Of a DNA stretch of 64,000 nt, positions 44,676 to 57,191 are shown one piece after another; positions within the stretch are counted from its first letter, which is position 1; every line of letters starts with the position of its first letter. The translations under genes and the position numbers were made by a program. Where the stretch lies: the NCBI RefSeq assembly GCF_009914755.1, contig NC_060935.1. One strand, written 5' to 3'. The notes beneath the pieces were generated by a model. It ran no database searches. It had not been told where the DNA came from and was given only the letters and a program-made list of their open reading frames with translations. This DNA comes from the human T2T-CHM13v2.0 reference genome, Homo sapiens.

Positions 44676-45295
44676 CTGTAACAAAGAAAAAAAAATCAAA
44701 TTAAAAAGTTAAAATAGAACTTCGCTGTGGCATCATTCTTAAAAACTAGGTTTTTCCAGAAAACAATACTTTTTAGAAAACGACTGTGACTAGGATTTGC
44801 TTATATCCCCAAATTGATATATGACACATTTCTTCTTCTTTTGAGGACCTGGTGTCTTCAACAATGCAGGACACAATTTTTTCCATAACAAAATGTTATA
44901 TCCAGTATCTTAACTTTGTAAAATAAATCATGAAAGGGTGTTTTCCTCCCATGGTACCAGGTATAAAGTCAGAGAATAGTGAATATATTTTGTATAATGT
45001 ACAAGAAAACATTTTAAAATATCAAAGAAATTTAGCTGATTCTTAAAAAAATAATGAACCATAAAAGAAAAAAAATTTAATATAGGTTCTCGTTTTGAAT
45101 AAAGACATATGGAATTAACCTATTAGGTTCTGAAGTATTTGTAGTTTATCATATCTGACATTTAGAAGAAAAAGTTTCTTAACTACAATGTGCGACTTTT
45201 CCCTATTTATATGCAGTAAACTACTATTCTCTCTTTTGGATAACTGCTTAACTGTACCAGAAAATAATTAACAATAAAACAAAATAAAATCTTAC

Positions 45296-45399
45296 CTTTC
45301 TTATTTTCTTCATTCCCTGATGACAGTTTAAGTTTATCAAGTGCTTGTTTTAGGGAGGCAGATATTTTTAATTCCAAATTTGTCATTGGTTCATCTGGG
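45296..45399 (-). CDS. CHORDC1: CHORDC1 exon 5, [34 protein letters not shown]
   Basis: ctccag| acceptor, G|gtaaga donor; 104 nt; lies inside ORF 45207..45494. Confidence 0.96.
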
Positions 45400-46088
45400 C
45401 TGGAGAATTTTGAAACCTTATTACCATTATTAATATACCAAAATATTTCTTTGTACTCCAAATTAATAACCTTAAAAGCTTTCTGAGAAGCCAAATGCTT
45501 TGTGTATCAAATGATTCCCATTAAAAGGTTAAAAGGTATTTTATAAATAATTGTTACAATGTATCTACATTCTGTCTTAACAGAAAAGCTCCTTATATTA
45601 GAATAGTAAGTCTCAAATAATCACGCTATTGTCAGCATATTTAAGTATTAATCAGTTGCACTAACGAGAAAGGAATAAAGACTAGGAATCCAAGGTTTTC
45701 AAGATGAGTAATGCTGAGGAAGGGACCATAATGTACTTTTACATCCCATGCCCAAGCTCAATGCTGAGCACATAATAAACATGAAATATAAGTAAGTTCT
45801 AAGTGAATCCATACTCACTTCTACCAGTGGAGATAATTTATGTGGACACTGGCATATGGATCTGTAAATTCAGATACGATCGTATTGCAAGGCAATTTCA
45901 GTAGGGTTTAAAAAACAACATCTTCTAACATTTCATAATGGCTAAGTGTTGTATACATAATTTAAGTCCACTCAATAAATAAGTATTAAACATATTAATA
46001 AACACAGCAATAAAAATAAAAATCGTAGGCTATTCATTCTATATCCTCGATGAAAAAACTGACAAAAGAGGCATTTTAAAAGTACATA

Positions 46089-46698
46089 GGCAAGGCATGG
46101 TCGCTTATGCCCATAATCCCAACACTTTGGGAGGCTGAGGCAAGAGGACTGCTTGAAGCCTGGGCAACAAAGTGGAACCCTGTCTCCGCAAAATAATAAA
46201 AAATATTAGTCGGTCACTGATATGGTTTCCCTGTGTCACCAACCAAATCTCATCTTGAATTCTAGCTCCCCTAATCTCCACATGGTGTGTGACAGACCTA
46301 GTGGGAGGTAACTGGATCATGGGGATGCCTTTTTCCCATGCTGTTCTCATGATAGTGAATAAGTCTCAGAAGTTCTGATGGTTTTTTTCTTGCCTGCCAC
46401 CATGTAAAACATTCCTTTATTACTCGCTCTACCTTCTGCCATGATTGTGAGGCCTCCCCAGCCATATGGAACTGTGAGTTCATTAAACCTCTTTTTCTTT
46501 ATAAATCACTTAGTCTCGGGTGTTTCTTCGTAACTGTGAAAATGGACTAATACAGTCATAGTAGCATACACCTATAGTTCCGGGGAGGGTTAGGGAGGAG
46601 GATGGCTTGAGCCCAGGAGTTAAAGGCTGCAGTGAGCTATAATGCCACTGCATTACAGCCTGGGTAAGAGAGGGACTTTTCTTCTTAAAAAAAAGAAA
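46089..46698 (+). mobile_element. AluJ split by a THE1 LTR
   Basis: Left arm to 46217, right arm resumes at 46555. Confidence 0.8.
46218..46554 (+). mobile_element. THE1B-like solo LTR
   Basis: TGATATGGTTT...GGACTAATACA; 5-bp TSD gtcac/gtcat. Confidence 0.88.
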
Positions 46699-46789
46699 AG
46701 TATGTAAAAACTGATATCCTCATAATTGTTATAATACCACCAAATGAATTTAGGATAAAATATTTAGTTTTTCTCATCTCACTGCCTTT

Positions 46790-47002
46790 GTCCTTTTTTT
46801 TCAAAAAGTCAATCTCAAGATCCTCCTGCCTCAGCCTGAGTAGCTGCAACTACATGAGCACACCACCAAACCCAGCTAATTTATTTTTTTTGGAGAGACA
46901 GGATCTCTTTCAGATTGGTTCTCAAACTCCTAGGCTCAAAGGATCCTCCCTCCTAGGCTTCTCAAAGTGCTGGATTATGGGCTTGAGCCACAGTGCCTGG
47001 CC
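46790..47002 (-). mobile_element. Degenerate AluJ fragment
   Basis: tcctcctgcctcagcc...caaagtgctggatta...gcctggcc. Confidence 0.75.
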
Positions 47003-48098
47003 TCTCACTGCCCTTTAAGTAAAATAACAGCCCATCATTTAAAGAAAAAATTAACTCATACTATTATAGTACAGACTGTATTATATTACTAAAGAGATTA
47101 AGAATGAGCCATGACTGAAGTTTTGTCTTTTCCCAATTATTTTTCTAACTGCTAAACTGGCCAAAGCATTCAATGGTCTCCTCTAACTATGAAGATGGAG
47201 AGAGAATAAAATCATCCTGAGTAGTTTCCTTAGCAATAATCTGTACTCAGAGTGCTAATGAACAAATAAACATCTAAAGTCTCTTAGGGTTCTTATCTTG
47301 GTTCTATATTATTCAATACTCTATAAATTTATTTAAGTAGGATCAAAGGAGAATAAAGGGAAAATCATGAGTTCATAGCATGAATAAAAATTACAATAAG
47401 TGCCTACTTGCAGCCAAAAAAAAAAAAAAAAATCACCTTTTTTTAAGTCCTGTAGTTTGCTTCTAAAACAATTTAGTACTCAAGTGTAGCACGAAGAAGA
47501 CCTGGTTCAACAAAGGTACTCAATATACATGTGTGGGAATACAGAGTCTGGTTATCAGAAGGCAAGTATGAAGAATCTGTACAACTCTATTGCACAATGA
47601 GCAAACGCTTTTTTAAGACTACTTTCACAAATATGTCATCTAAATCAAATGCATTAAAAATTGACCAGTAGTAATGAGATTAACGGTAGTTTTCAGGCAT
47701 CTGAAAGTAAAGATGGATGATTAGGCCTCTGCATTATTTTCTACTTCAAACTCATGCCATGAAAAGGAAAACTGCTTCAAAGAATTTTACCATGCCACAG
47801 TGAAAAAGATGCACTCTAAGGCACAAGAAAAATGTGACTTCCCTACCCTGATGATACATGTCCCTGTAATTATGACAGTACAATATGCAAATCTGTTATG
47901 TAGTTATATTGTGTACATGCTCTCAAGTTGAAGAGAAATAAAAATTTAAGGCAGATTTAAGGGAGAAACCAAATGGTTCAAAGCTTGGTGGCCTACATAG
48001 TAGCTACAAATGGTATCATGCTAAATCATAAAGGAAAGTACCATGCACAAGTGCTACTATTCAAGTGTGACAAAAATATGTAACTGTATAAAGTATAC

Positions 48099-48256
48099 CT
48101 TGGTCTTTTTATTGCTTCTACTGGCTTAGGGGCTTGAATGATGTGTTCCTGAAATTTGGGTTTTAATTCACATAGCTCCTTCTTCTCAGTAGTCTTGACT
48201 TCAGGTTTGACTGGCTCAGGTGGCTTCTCACTATTATGTCTACCTTTTGTACAGCC
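48099..48256 (-). CDS. CHORDC1: CHORDC1 exon 4, [15 protein letters not shown]...AIKRP
   Basis: aacag| acceptor, AG|gtatac donor; 158 nt. Confidence 0.96.
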
Positions 48257-49254
48257 CTGTTAGTGAAAGATAATTCATTAAGAGCTATCTATTTTACATT
48301 TCATGATAGAAATATTATCTTTTCAGTTCTTTATTGATAGTGATTCTATTTCATGTTTTCTCCAGTTTCAATACATTGATTTTAAGAAATTAAAAACAGA
48401 ACTCCAAATTTGCCATATTTGCTGAATCTCTGAATGACGGCTTTTTTAAAAAGTCTTTGAATTACACTTCATAAACATCTACTTATTCTATTAAAAATAT
48501 GGCATAAACCTCTTGTTTACAGAAGAATTCTGGAGAATCTCACAAAGAACTGTAAAAAATAGTTATACAGAAAAATCTGTTACTCGAAAGGCCTCAATTT
48601 GAGACCTAGTTCTCAACATACTTATTAGTTATATGACCTTAAGCAAGATAATCTTTTTAAACCTCCATCTCCTCATTTGTAAAATGGAGGTAATGTCAGG
48701 TAAGATATTTTCTGAGAGAGTTAAATAATAAAATGCCTGGCACATTTGGCAGGTGATAACATTCAACAAACGTTAGCTACTTTTCTACTACATTCTACTG
48801 AATTATACATACTCTTTAACACCTCTGAAATGATACAATCAATAGCATTATCAGTTTGTTAGTAGCTTTAGTTTTCTTAGTGGTATATAAAGTGGTTTTA
48901 TATAAAAGTGGTATGTAAAATATTTCAACAGCATCTTAGATAAAACTTTATCGTTCCTAACTGAAAAGGCTTTAAATTGTTGCTTACCACTTTCTCCTTG
49001 ATGTTCTTTCAACATAACAGAAAGAACAAACCTAAAATGATAAGCAGGTAACTGATACCTTAAAACGTTAATTTCCAAAACAGATTCTTTATTTTACAAG
49101 CTGTGGAAGGGAGATGAGCTGCTTTTTGAAAGGTGTTATCTGCAAGTTGATGAAGACCAATCAATCTATATCAGAAATCAGACTCCTCAAATCTGAAGCT
49201 TTCTATAACATGTATTTTTAGGAAGATAATCTAGAAAAAATAATTAGTACTTAC

Positions 49255-49311
49255 TACAATGCTTAAGAAATCAGAAAAATCAGTTGTTCTTCTCTTACAG
49301 CAAGACCAACC
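49255..49311 (-). CDS. CHORDC1: CHORDC1 exon 3, GWSCCKRRTTDFSDFLSIV
   Basis: tcatag| acceptor, GTA|gtaagt donor; 57 nt, phase 0-0. Confidence 0.96.
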
Positions 49312-51712
49312 CTATGAAAAACAAGAGAAGGAAACTAAAAACTCTATTTGCATGAGAAACACGACCCACTAAAACACTCTACTTGCACTTATCTACTTGA
49401 ATCCTGCAGTAACTTGCGTATAGAGTGCAAAATTTCAGTGTTGCATATAATTCACCTAATCAAGTAAAATGAATATTAATCTTTGATTTTTAAAAAGCCA
49501 ATTAACCAATGTTAAAGTGATTTGTGCTATGCCCTATCATCAAGGGAAGCACCTTTATAAAACAAAAACTGTTTCTCTTTTCAACAATCGTGTCTGCTTT
49601 TTTTTTAGAAGAAAAACATGTTATAATTCCTAAAACTATCATATTTAAAGAATATTCAAAATAAGTATAGGTATTTTACTTTTAAAATCTATTAAGTTAA
49701 AGATAGTAACTATCTTTAGTTAATTTTAATTTCACAATAAGCATTCTATTTTCAGAACAACAAAGATTAATTAACACAGCAGCTAAAGCACTATTAAGCC
49801 TTTGAAGGTGATCTTTTCAGTGAGAAGCATAAAGACAGAGAAACTATTAGTATTTGTGATTTTTGAACAAACTATCAAGTAGTTTACCAAAAAATGGCTT
49901 TAATAATTATCTCTAAATTCCAATGTTTATAGAGCATAGGGAAACAAAAATGCAAAATCTCAAAACTTGGAACTTCAGATTAAGATTTGGGACTAAATTC
50001 AGATTAAGATGCAACTTTGCACACATCCGCCTGGACCTCGCTGATTTTCAAAAGACTGCATAAAAATATGGTAGTGATTTTTCTCATTATATGCACCTGT
50101 AGGTTCTTTTTCTTTAAAGGTAATTTCAAATATCCTATAATTCAAATTTTCCTTTAATTTGAAATTTAATTATCTTTTACTCCGAATTGAGATGTAGATC
50201 AATTACTACAACCTTAAATATAGGGTTTAAATAGCATCAATAATATAGTCAACAGAAAAGTTATTCTATAAGAGAAAAAGTTTTACTGTCTTAATCATGT
50301 ACTAAATTATGTCAGATACTGTGATACACACATGTAAAATACAATACAGGCCAGCTGTTCCCAAATGCCAATCTGGATTCTATGCTAGTCTTCAGTACAA
50401 TGAGAAAAGGAAAGATAAATTTAAGTTATGTGAATATAAGGTTGCTAGTTGTCTTTTTTCAGCAAGATTGTCCTTTTCTCTGAATATGCCCCTTCTAATA
50501 TTAAAATAGTATTTCTTTTGTCAATGCAATGTTTAACTTCTTACTTGGTCAACTAGTATCCCTGTATTGATGTATACGCATTTTGTCTGAAATCTTCTGG
50601 ACTGTGAAATCCAATAATCTTGGAAAGTCTAGGACTTTAAGAAATGGTTATAAAATAGAGACCACAATAAACACTACAACTGCAAAAGAGAGAGAAGCAA
50701 AAATACTTCAAAGTGAATTCATTAAGACTTGGAGTGATTAACAATGCGGTAAGAGAAAAAACGGGCAATGGACCAAATGATCAGAAAGTCAGTAGTATCA
50801 TTACTAGGAGCAGTAAAGTTGAGAGGCAGACTACTTTTGGAATAAACGGTACACACTAGAAACTGGTTTGATGTTGCCAATGAGACACATAAATAGAAAT
50901 ATGTTGTAAGAGCCATCGGCGTAGAGGTGACATTTGAGAAAACCAATGAATGAACTGAATGAGAGAAAACAGCCAAAGGTTACCTTTAAGAGCTAAGAGG
51001 AAAACAGCATAGGGAAAAAAAGAAAAAGACACAGTAAAACAAAAATATCAGAAGAAATGGCAGTCTAGGAAAAATAAAATTCCACAAAAAGAAAAATAAA
51101 CATTTCCACAGCACCACAGTTTCCACCACAACAAAGATTTGTAAAAACTAAAAAAATGTATGGAGGAATAAGGTCTCAACTTGCCCTACTGAATGTCTTC
51201 TCTGTTTTCCTCACTCAGAACTAACCAGACTAATACATCTTTTGTTAGATTTGGTGGTGTTAACAGTGAAGTGCCAAAACAGTCTAACTACTCTTTGGAA
51301 GGTATAATTAGACATTTAAAGGGCACCAACAATATTTAAACATGTTAAGACTGCTTATGTTCCTGAGAACCAAAGAAGTAGAACCTAAAACCATGGCAGC
51401 CCTACCACAGCATCATCTTTTGAGATATACAAAGGAAACTCTTTAAATGTATCATACTATCATGAATTTTAAAAAGATGACCAGCAAAAACCTAGTCAAA
51501 CAACATTCCACCAATTCTCCAGAACATCCAAGAAGTATAGCTGGAAAACTCACAGGTCTGTCCCGAGATTGGCACTAAATGTTTATAAGAATCTTTTCTA
51601 AAATTCAGAGCTGTTATTAGCCAGTAGTGACAGACTGAGATTCAATACAACCACTCTATTTTCCCTCAAAATTAGAAAAGTGAAGAAATGGGTGTAGAAA
51701 ATGAAAATTAAG

Positions 51713-51993
51713 ACCAGGCATGGTAATCCCAGCACTTTGGGAGGCTGAGGCAGGTGGATCATCTGAGGTCAGGAGTTCGAGACCAGCCTGACCAATATGA
51801 TGAAACCCTGTCTCCACTAAAAATACAAAAATTAGCTGGGCATGGTGGCAGGTGCCTGTAATCCCGGCTCCTCAGGAGGCTGAGGCAGAATCGCTTGAAC
51901 CCAGGAGGCGGACGTTGCAGTGAGCTGAGATCGCACCACTGCACTCCACCTGGGCAACACAGTGAAACTCCATCTCAAAAAAAAAAAAAAAAA
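51713..51993 (+). mobile_element. AluSp-like
   Basis: Dimer with small deletions, poly(A). Confidence 0.85.
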
Positions 51994-52215
51994 CCCAGAA
52001 TTAAAATACAATTTTATAACTGGAAAAGACCTTAAGATCATCATCTACTGTCTTTTCTTTGTCTTTAGTGGAGTATACGCTTAAAGCACCTCCCCCGCAA
52101 AGGTCATTAAGAAGAAAGTCACTAGCTGAGAAAAAAAGATGAGAAAATAAAGATTTAGTATTACATCTCTCAATTTACTACACAGATATGAAAAAAATGA
52201 AAATATAGTTCCTAC

Positions 52216-52265
52216 CTTTAATGCATCGTGAAAGACCGGAACACCTGGGTGGTATGTGCAAGCAT
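52216..52265 (-). CDS. CHORDC1: CHORDC1 exon 2, DACTYHPGVPVFHDALK
   Basis: ctccag| acceptor, AAG|gtagga donor; 50 nt; CHORD CxYHPGxPxFHD motif. Confidence 0.97.
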
Positions 52266-52805
52266 CTGGAGAAAACAGAGAAAAAAAAAAAAGTACCACT
52301 CTTTATAATGAAGAAAAATATATACATGATCATCTCCTTAAGGTGTTAACCTTTAATCCTTTTTCCAAACGCAAGTACCTTAAAAAGGTACAAATGATTG
52401 AGTTTGACGTGCAGCACAAAGTGTACTATATTAAAATAGTATTAAAAATTCTAATTCAAGCATATGATGACTAAGGACAAAAATACAGAATTGTTTATGT
52501 ATAACAATTATATTTTATATTCCCCTAATCTTGGTAGTAAAATTTGTTTAGTACCAAAACTTCAAACCCCCAAATTTTGACCATCATTTTTCAAACCTGC
52601 TTTTACAAATGTACTATCAAACTTGAAGTATTCTTATGTGCATTCATCCATAAAGGTTTCACAAGAGATTCCCTTAAAGACATTTTGTAATAACAGGCTC
52701 AACATTTTAAATACTGTAAAGATTTTTTGCAGTATCTAATTGGTAATTTAACTTTCCTAGACACAGTCATTCCTAGGTACAAACCTCACTAAAAAGAAGA
52801 CTAGG

Positions 52806-53055
52806 GTGCCTCTGCCTGGCCCCTGCCCTGTTTGGGAAGTGAGGAGCTCCTCTGCCCTGCCCCCGCCCAGTCTGGGAACTGAGGAGTGCCTCTGCCTGGC
52901 GGCAGCCCTGTCTGGAAAGTGAGGAGCACCTCTGCCTGGCCACTGTGCAACCTTCCAAGTGTGAAGTGACAGCCTTGTGTGTGATCTTTCTGCCTTCCCC
53001 AAGTGTGCATTTTCAACATTAAAGTTTACTTTTTAATTAAAAAAAAAAAAAAAAA
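52806..53055 (+). mobile_element. SVA2 element (VNTR + unique 3' sequence + poly(A))
   Basis: ~3.4 units of the 40-bp SVA VNTR (gaggag at 52841, 52881, 52921), then gtgcaaccttccaagtgtgaagtgacagcc...attaaa and poly(A); TSD agaag(a/t)ctagg. Confidence 0.85.
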
Positions 53056-53065
53056 TAGAAGTCTA

Positions 53066-53364
53066 GGTGGGCCTGGTGGCTCATGCCTGTAATCCCAGCA
53101 CTTTGGGAGGCTGAGGTAGGCAGATCACCTGAGGTCAGGAGTACGAGACCAGCCTAACCAACATGGTGAAACCCCGTGTCTACTAAAAATACAAAAATTA
53201 GCCGGGCGTGGTAGTGCATGCCTGTAGTCTCAGCTACTCAGGATCTTGACAGGAGAATCGCTTGAACTTGGGAAGCAGAGTTTGCAGTGAGTCAAGATCA
53301 TGCCACCGCACTACAGCCTAGGTGACAGAGCAAGACTCCATCTTAAAAAAAACAAACAAAAAAA
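53066..53364 (+). mobile_element. AluSx-like
   Basis: Dimer with an A-rich tail. Confidence 0.88.
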
Positions 53365-53480
53365 ACTCTCAAGTTCTACAGCCTATTTTCTAGATTCTCA
53401 CTGGGTGTTATTCTATACTTCCCTCCCCACTACACCATCAATCTTTACTTCTCTTATGTAAATGGGTTTATTACAATTTG

Positions 53481-53911
53481 TGTTGGGAACAGGCCCCCAA
53501 ATCTGGCCATAAACTGGCCCCAAAACTGGCCATCAACAAAATCTCTGCAGCACTGTGACATGCTCGTGACGGCTTTGATGCCCAGGCTAGAAGGTTGTGA
53601 GTCTACCTGAATGAGGGCAAGGAACAACTGTCCCACCCAGGGCGGAAAAACACTTAAGGCATTCTTAAACCACAAACAATAGCATGAGCCATATGTGCCT
53701 TAAGGACATGTTCATGCTGCAGATAACTAGCCAGAGCCCATCCCTTTATTTCCCGTAAGGAATACTTTTAGTAAATCTCCATTGGAGGCTCTCAGCTCTA
53801 AGGCTGTGAGACCCCTGATTTCCCACTCCTTACTATATATTTCTGTGTGTGTGTCTTTAATTCCTCTAGCACCACCGGGTTAGGGTCTCCACGACCAAGC
53901 TGCTCTCAGCA
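53481..53911 (+). mobile_element. MER9 solo LTR (HERV-K HML-3)
   Basis: TGTTGGGAACAGGCCCC...CTCAGCA; TSD atttg. Confidence 0.88.
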
Positions 53912-54033
53912 ATTTGCAAGATGGAGTACTATATTTTTAAAAATCAGGTAACAGTCAGCTTCATCCCTCTGCAATCTGCTTAAAAGACTATCTTTCAACC
54001 TTTCAAGTCTATTTAGCTTTCAATGCTCTACAA

Positions 54034-54262
54034 CAACCTTGTCCAACATGCCGCCCCAGACAACTCTGAATGTAGCCCAACACAAATTTCGTAAACTGTC
54101 TTAAAACATTATGAATTTTGTTTTTGTTTTCTTTTAAGCTCATCAGCTATCATTAGTGTTAGTGTATTTCATATGTGACCCAATTATTCTTCTTCCAATG
54201 TGGCCCAGATAATTCCTCTTCTTCCAATGTCGCACAGGGAAGCCAAAAGATTGAACACCCTT
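54034..54262 (-). mobile_element. MER30 hAT transposon
   Basis: gcccaacacaaattt...cagggaagccaaaagattgaacaccc. Confidence 0.75.
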
Positions 54263-56971
54263 GCTCTATCACCTGATTCCTGGTGTTGCCTCAAAATTTA
54301 CTACTGGTGCTCACAGAAATCTCCCTACCCCGTTACTAGCCAGTATTGCTTCCTTAGTAACCATGTGCTGCATAGATACTAGCTAATGTAGAAAGTGTTA
54401 GGTATCTTCCTGATACAGTAAGTAAATCCGTGGGATCAGAAAGATGTTATTAATTAAGGGTAGTTGTGGAATTAAGGGCTGAAAAAGGAGGTTGGAAGTA
54501 GAAATGGGTATGCAGAAGGACATGAAGTTGAGAGGGGAATGGAAGTAGAGAATAGATCCAGTATTTTCAAACACCAAATTTAAAGTAGTCAGAAACATAA
54601 ACGCAATGTATAACAGAGTCAGAGGCATAAAATGTCACAATAAGTCAATTTTGGCAGCATGGCAGCAGGAATGAGTCAGATCTGAACCATACAACTAACA
54701 TGAACACAATTAGAAAGCCACTGCTTTCAAAAACAAGAAGTAACAAGCAAATGGACATTCTTCATTCTTTCTTTAATATCCATCCTTTCTTTATCAGTTT
54801 TAAGAGTTTTGGCAAAATTAATATTTTATGGGTGAGAAGCTACAAGACAGTAGCAGTGGTTAAGTGTCCAGGGCTTCTAACATTGGGTCTGACCCTGGCT
54901 AAATTTCTCACTGAGCTACTCGCTAGTAGTTCCTTCAGTTTTCCTCGTATACGTCGATTAAAAAAAATACCGTTTGTGAAGCTGTGTTTATTCTAGAATA
55001 AGTGTTTAACATATGTAAGTTACCAACTGTGTCTCCCTTAAACACCCTTTAACTTCAGTTACAAGTTAAAACGTTCTATCAGCTTAAAAGGGAGTCTAAT
55101 TTCTGTCTCTAGGGGGAAAAAAAAATCATGAGACTATAAGTCAACGAGCACGGTAATTATGCCACAGCACCGAGAAAAAAAGCATTTAGTGTAGATTAAG
55201 AAATATTTAAAGATGACAGATCCAACATCTGGCTTACGCAAAATGGAACTTGCTTGTGTATTTACCTCTTTTAACTTATTTCTGTCAACTGTACAAGGTC
55301 AAACCTCTTCCTAAAAAACCTCCTAACCAACCTTTCTATTTAGTTCTTGTCTCCTACTCCGTATCTCCATTTTCTTCTCCTTCCATTCACTCAATCAGTT
55401 TACTTGAAAAATGTATTCTAAGTCTCTAAAAAAACCGTCATTTCGCTAAAGTAAATATACTTATTGGAATTTCTCTGCTGTAACTAGTACTGCTGACCAC
55501 CCAAGTTTTGAGACGGTTTTCCTGGTCGCTTTCTGTTTCCTAGGCACTGCACCAATTCACACATGGATACAGACTTCCAACAAATGACTATCGCCCCTGA
55601 ACTTTATTGTCTCATAAGCAAAGCGTCAGTCTTTCCCCTGTATTCTATATTAAAGTAGAATATCTGCAGACATAAGTGCAATTAATGTTTTACATAGGCT
55701 GCCAACACCAAAGGGCTTTAAAATCGTTTCTCGATTTTGTCATCGACTGAAATCTCACAATTTTCCTCATGAGTAGCATCATATTTGCATCATAAAAATG
55801 TCAGTGGCGGTAACTTGAGTATTGCATAGGTTGGATTTTCCTTTTCCTTAAAACTCTGTATCAATGGTCTTATTTTAAATAACGCTATCAATTTACCTGT
55901 GTGCCAAAAATAAGTATTTCAAACATCTCAGAGGTGAAGAGTTCAAAAGGCATCAGTTTTCATCTCCTCCACAATAATGAAGGATGTTATTAATACAACC
56001 TCATTGAACTGAGCTTCTCTATCAAATGGGTCTAATTAACATTACATGCGTCCCAGGGTGGTTATGAAGATTAAATAAGATAAAGCAATAATGGCTGGCA
56101 TGCAGAAAATATAAACTAAATGCTAGTTCAATCTGAAAACGTGTTGTCACTTCTCACGATACGCAAGGAATCATCTCACTTCTTTGTCAATCAAAATTTC
56201 AATTCACTGATCATTTCCCGTCCTTCACCTAATAGTCATTTTCGCTTTGGATCCTTAACTCGACATCTAGGTGCTGTAGATGACATTCACTCATTTTATA
56301 CGGGAGTAGGCATGGTAGTAAAACGTGGAGGCCACAAGAAGAACAAGCAACAAATGCCGCTAGTAATAAAAAGATAACTAACGTACCACCAGGATGAACC
56401 TATCAAAACAGCGTGAAGATACAGAGTAATGTCCCTTACCAAGAACACTTGTAAGAGGTTTGTAACAGCGGATCGACTGAACACAAACTTCTACAAGGCA
56501 GAGCTTACATGCTAGGACAACCCGCTGCTCATCCCGGCCACCTCTCCCTCTCGCGCAGGCAATCACAGCCATCACTACTTCGGGAACTACAAAGCAAGCT
56601 CACCAGTACCTCGTTAATTTTTGCTTCCCCAGAGACTGGAGGGCCAGAGGAGAAACGTGTTCGTTCTAAATTCCAGGCGACTTAAAAGGAGTGCGGGGAC
56701 GACGGGGGAAACACGTGGATCCATGGGAGCGTCTCTCTCCGCAGTGGCAGAGGACAGTCAGGCGCCGGGGCCGGGCGCTCGCCAAGGGAACGCGGCGCAA
56801 CAGAGGGGCGGCCGGCGGGCTGCGCGGGCAGCCAAGGGAGGCCCAGGAGGGGCATGGACCTGGGGCCGCGCGAGGACGGCTGCAGGAGATCCGCGGACAC
56901 CCTCCGGCCCAAAGGGCCTCCCCTGCTGATGAGGTGGAGGGGAGGGAGGGCTGGCGGCGCGTTCCTCTTAC

Positions 56972-57035
56972 CGTCGGAATTGGTCTCAGGATCGAAGCGC
57001 TGACCGCAGCCCCGGTTGTAGCACAGCAAGGCCAT
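56972..57035 (-). CDS. CHORDC1: CHORDC1 exon 1 coding part, MALLCYNRGCGQRFDPETNSD
   Basis: ATG at 57035 (aaaATGG Kozak context), G|gtaaga donor; start of CHORD-I (CxxxxC). Confidence 0.97.
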
Positions 57036-57166
57036 TTTCTTTTCCCACCGTCACAGGCAAGGCCCAAACACCGGGAACGGCAAGAGGATGCGTTTGCCAC
57101 TCCCGTGTCGCTAGCACCGGTCTGACGACTGAGGCGGCTACCGGCTTCCGGAAACGATCCGTTGCG

Positions 57167-57191
57167 TTTCAGGAACCTTCGCGAATTTTCC
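57167..57191. promoter_or_regulatory. Heat-shock element (HSF1), five perfect alternating pentamers
   Basis: tTTCa gGAAc cTTCg cGAAt tTTCc, ~130 bp upstream of the CHORDC1 ATG. Confidence 0.92.
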
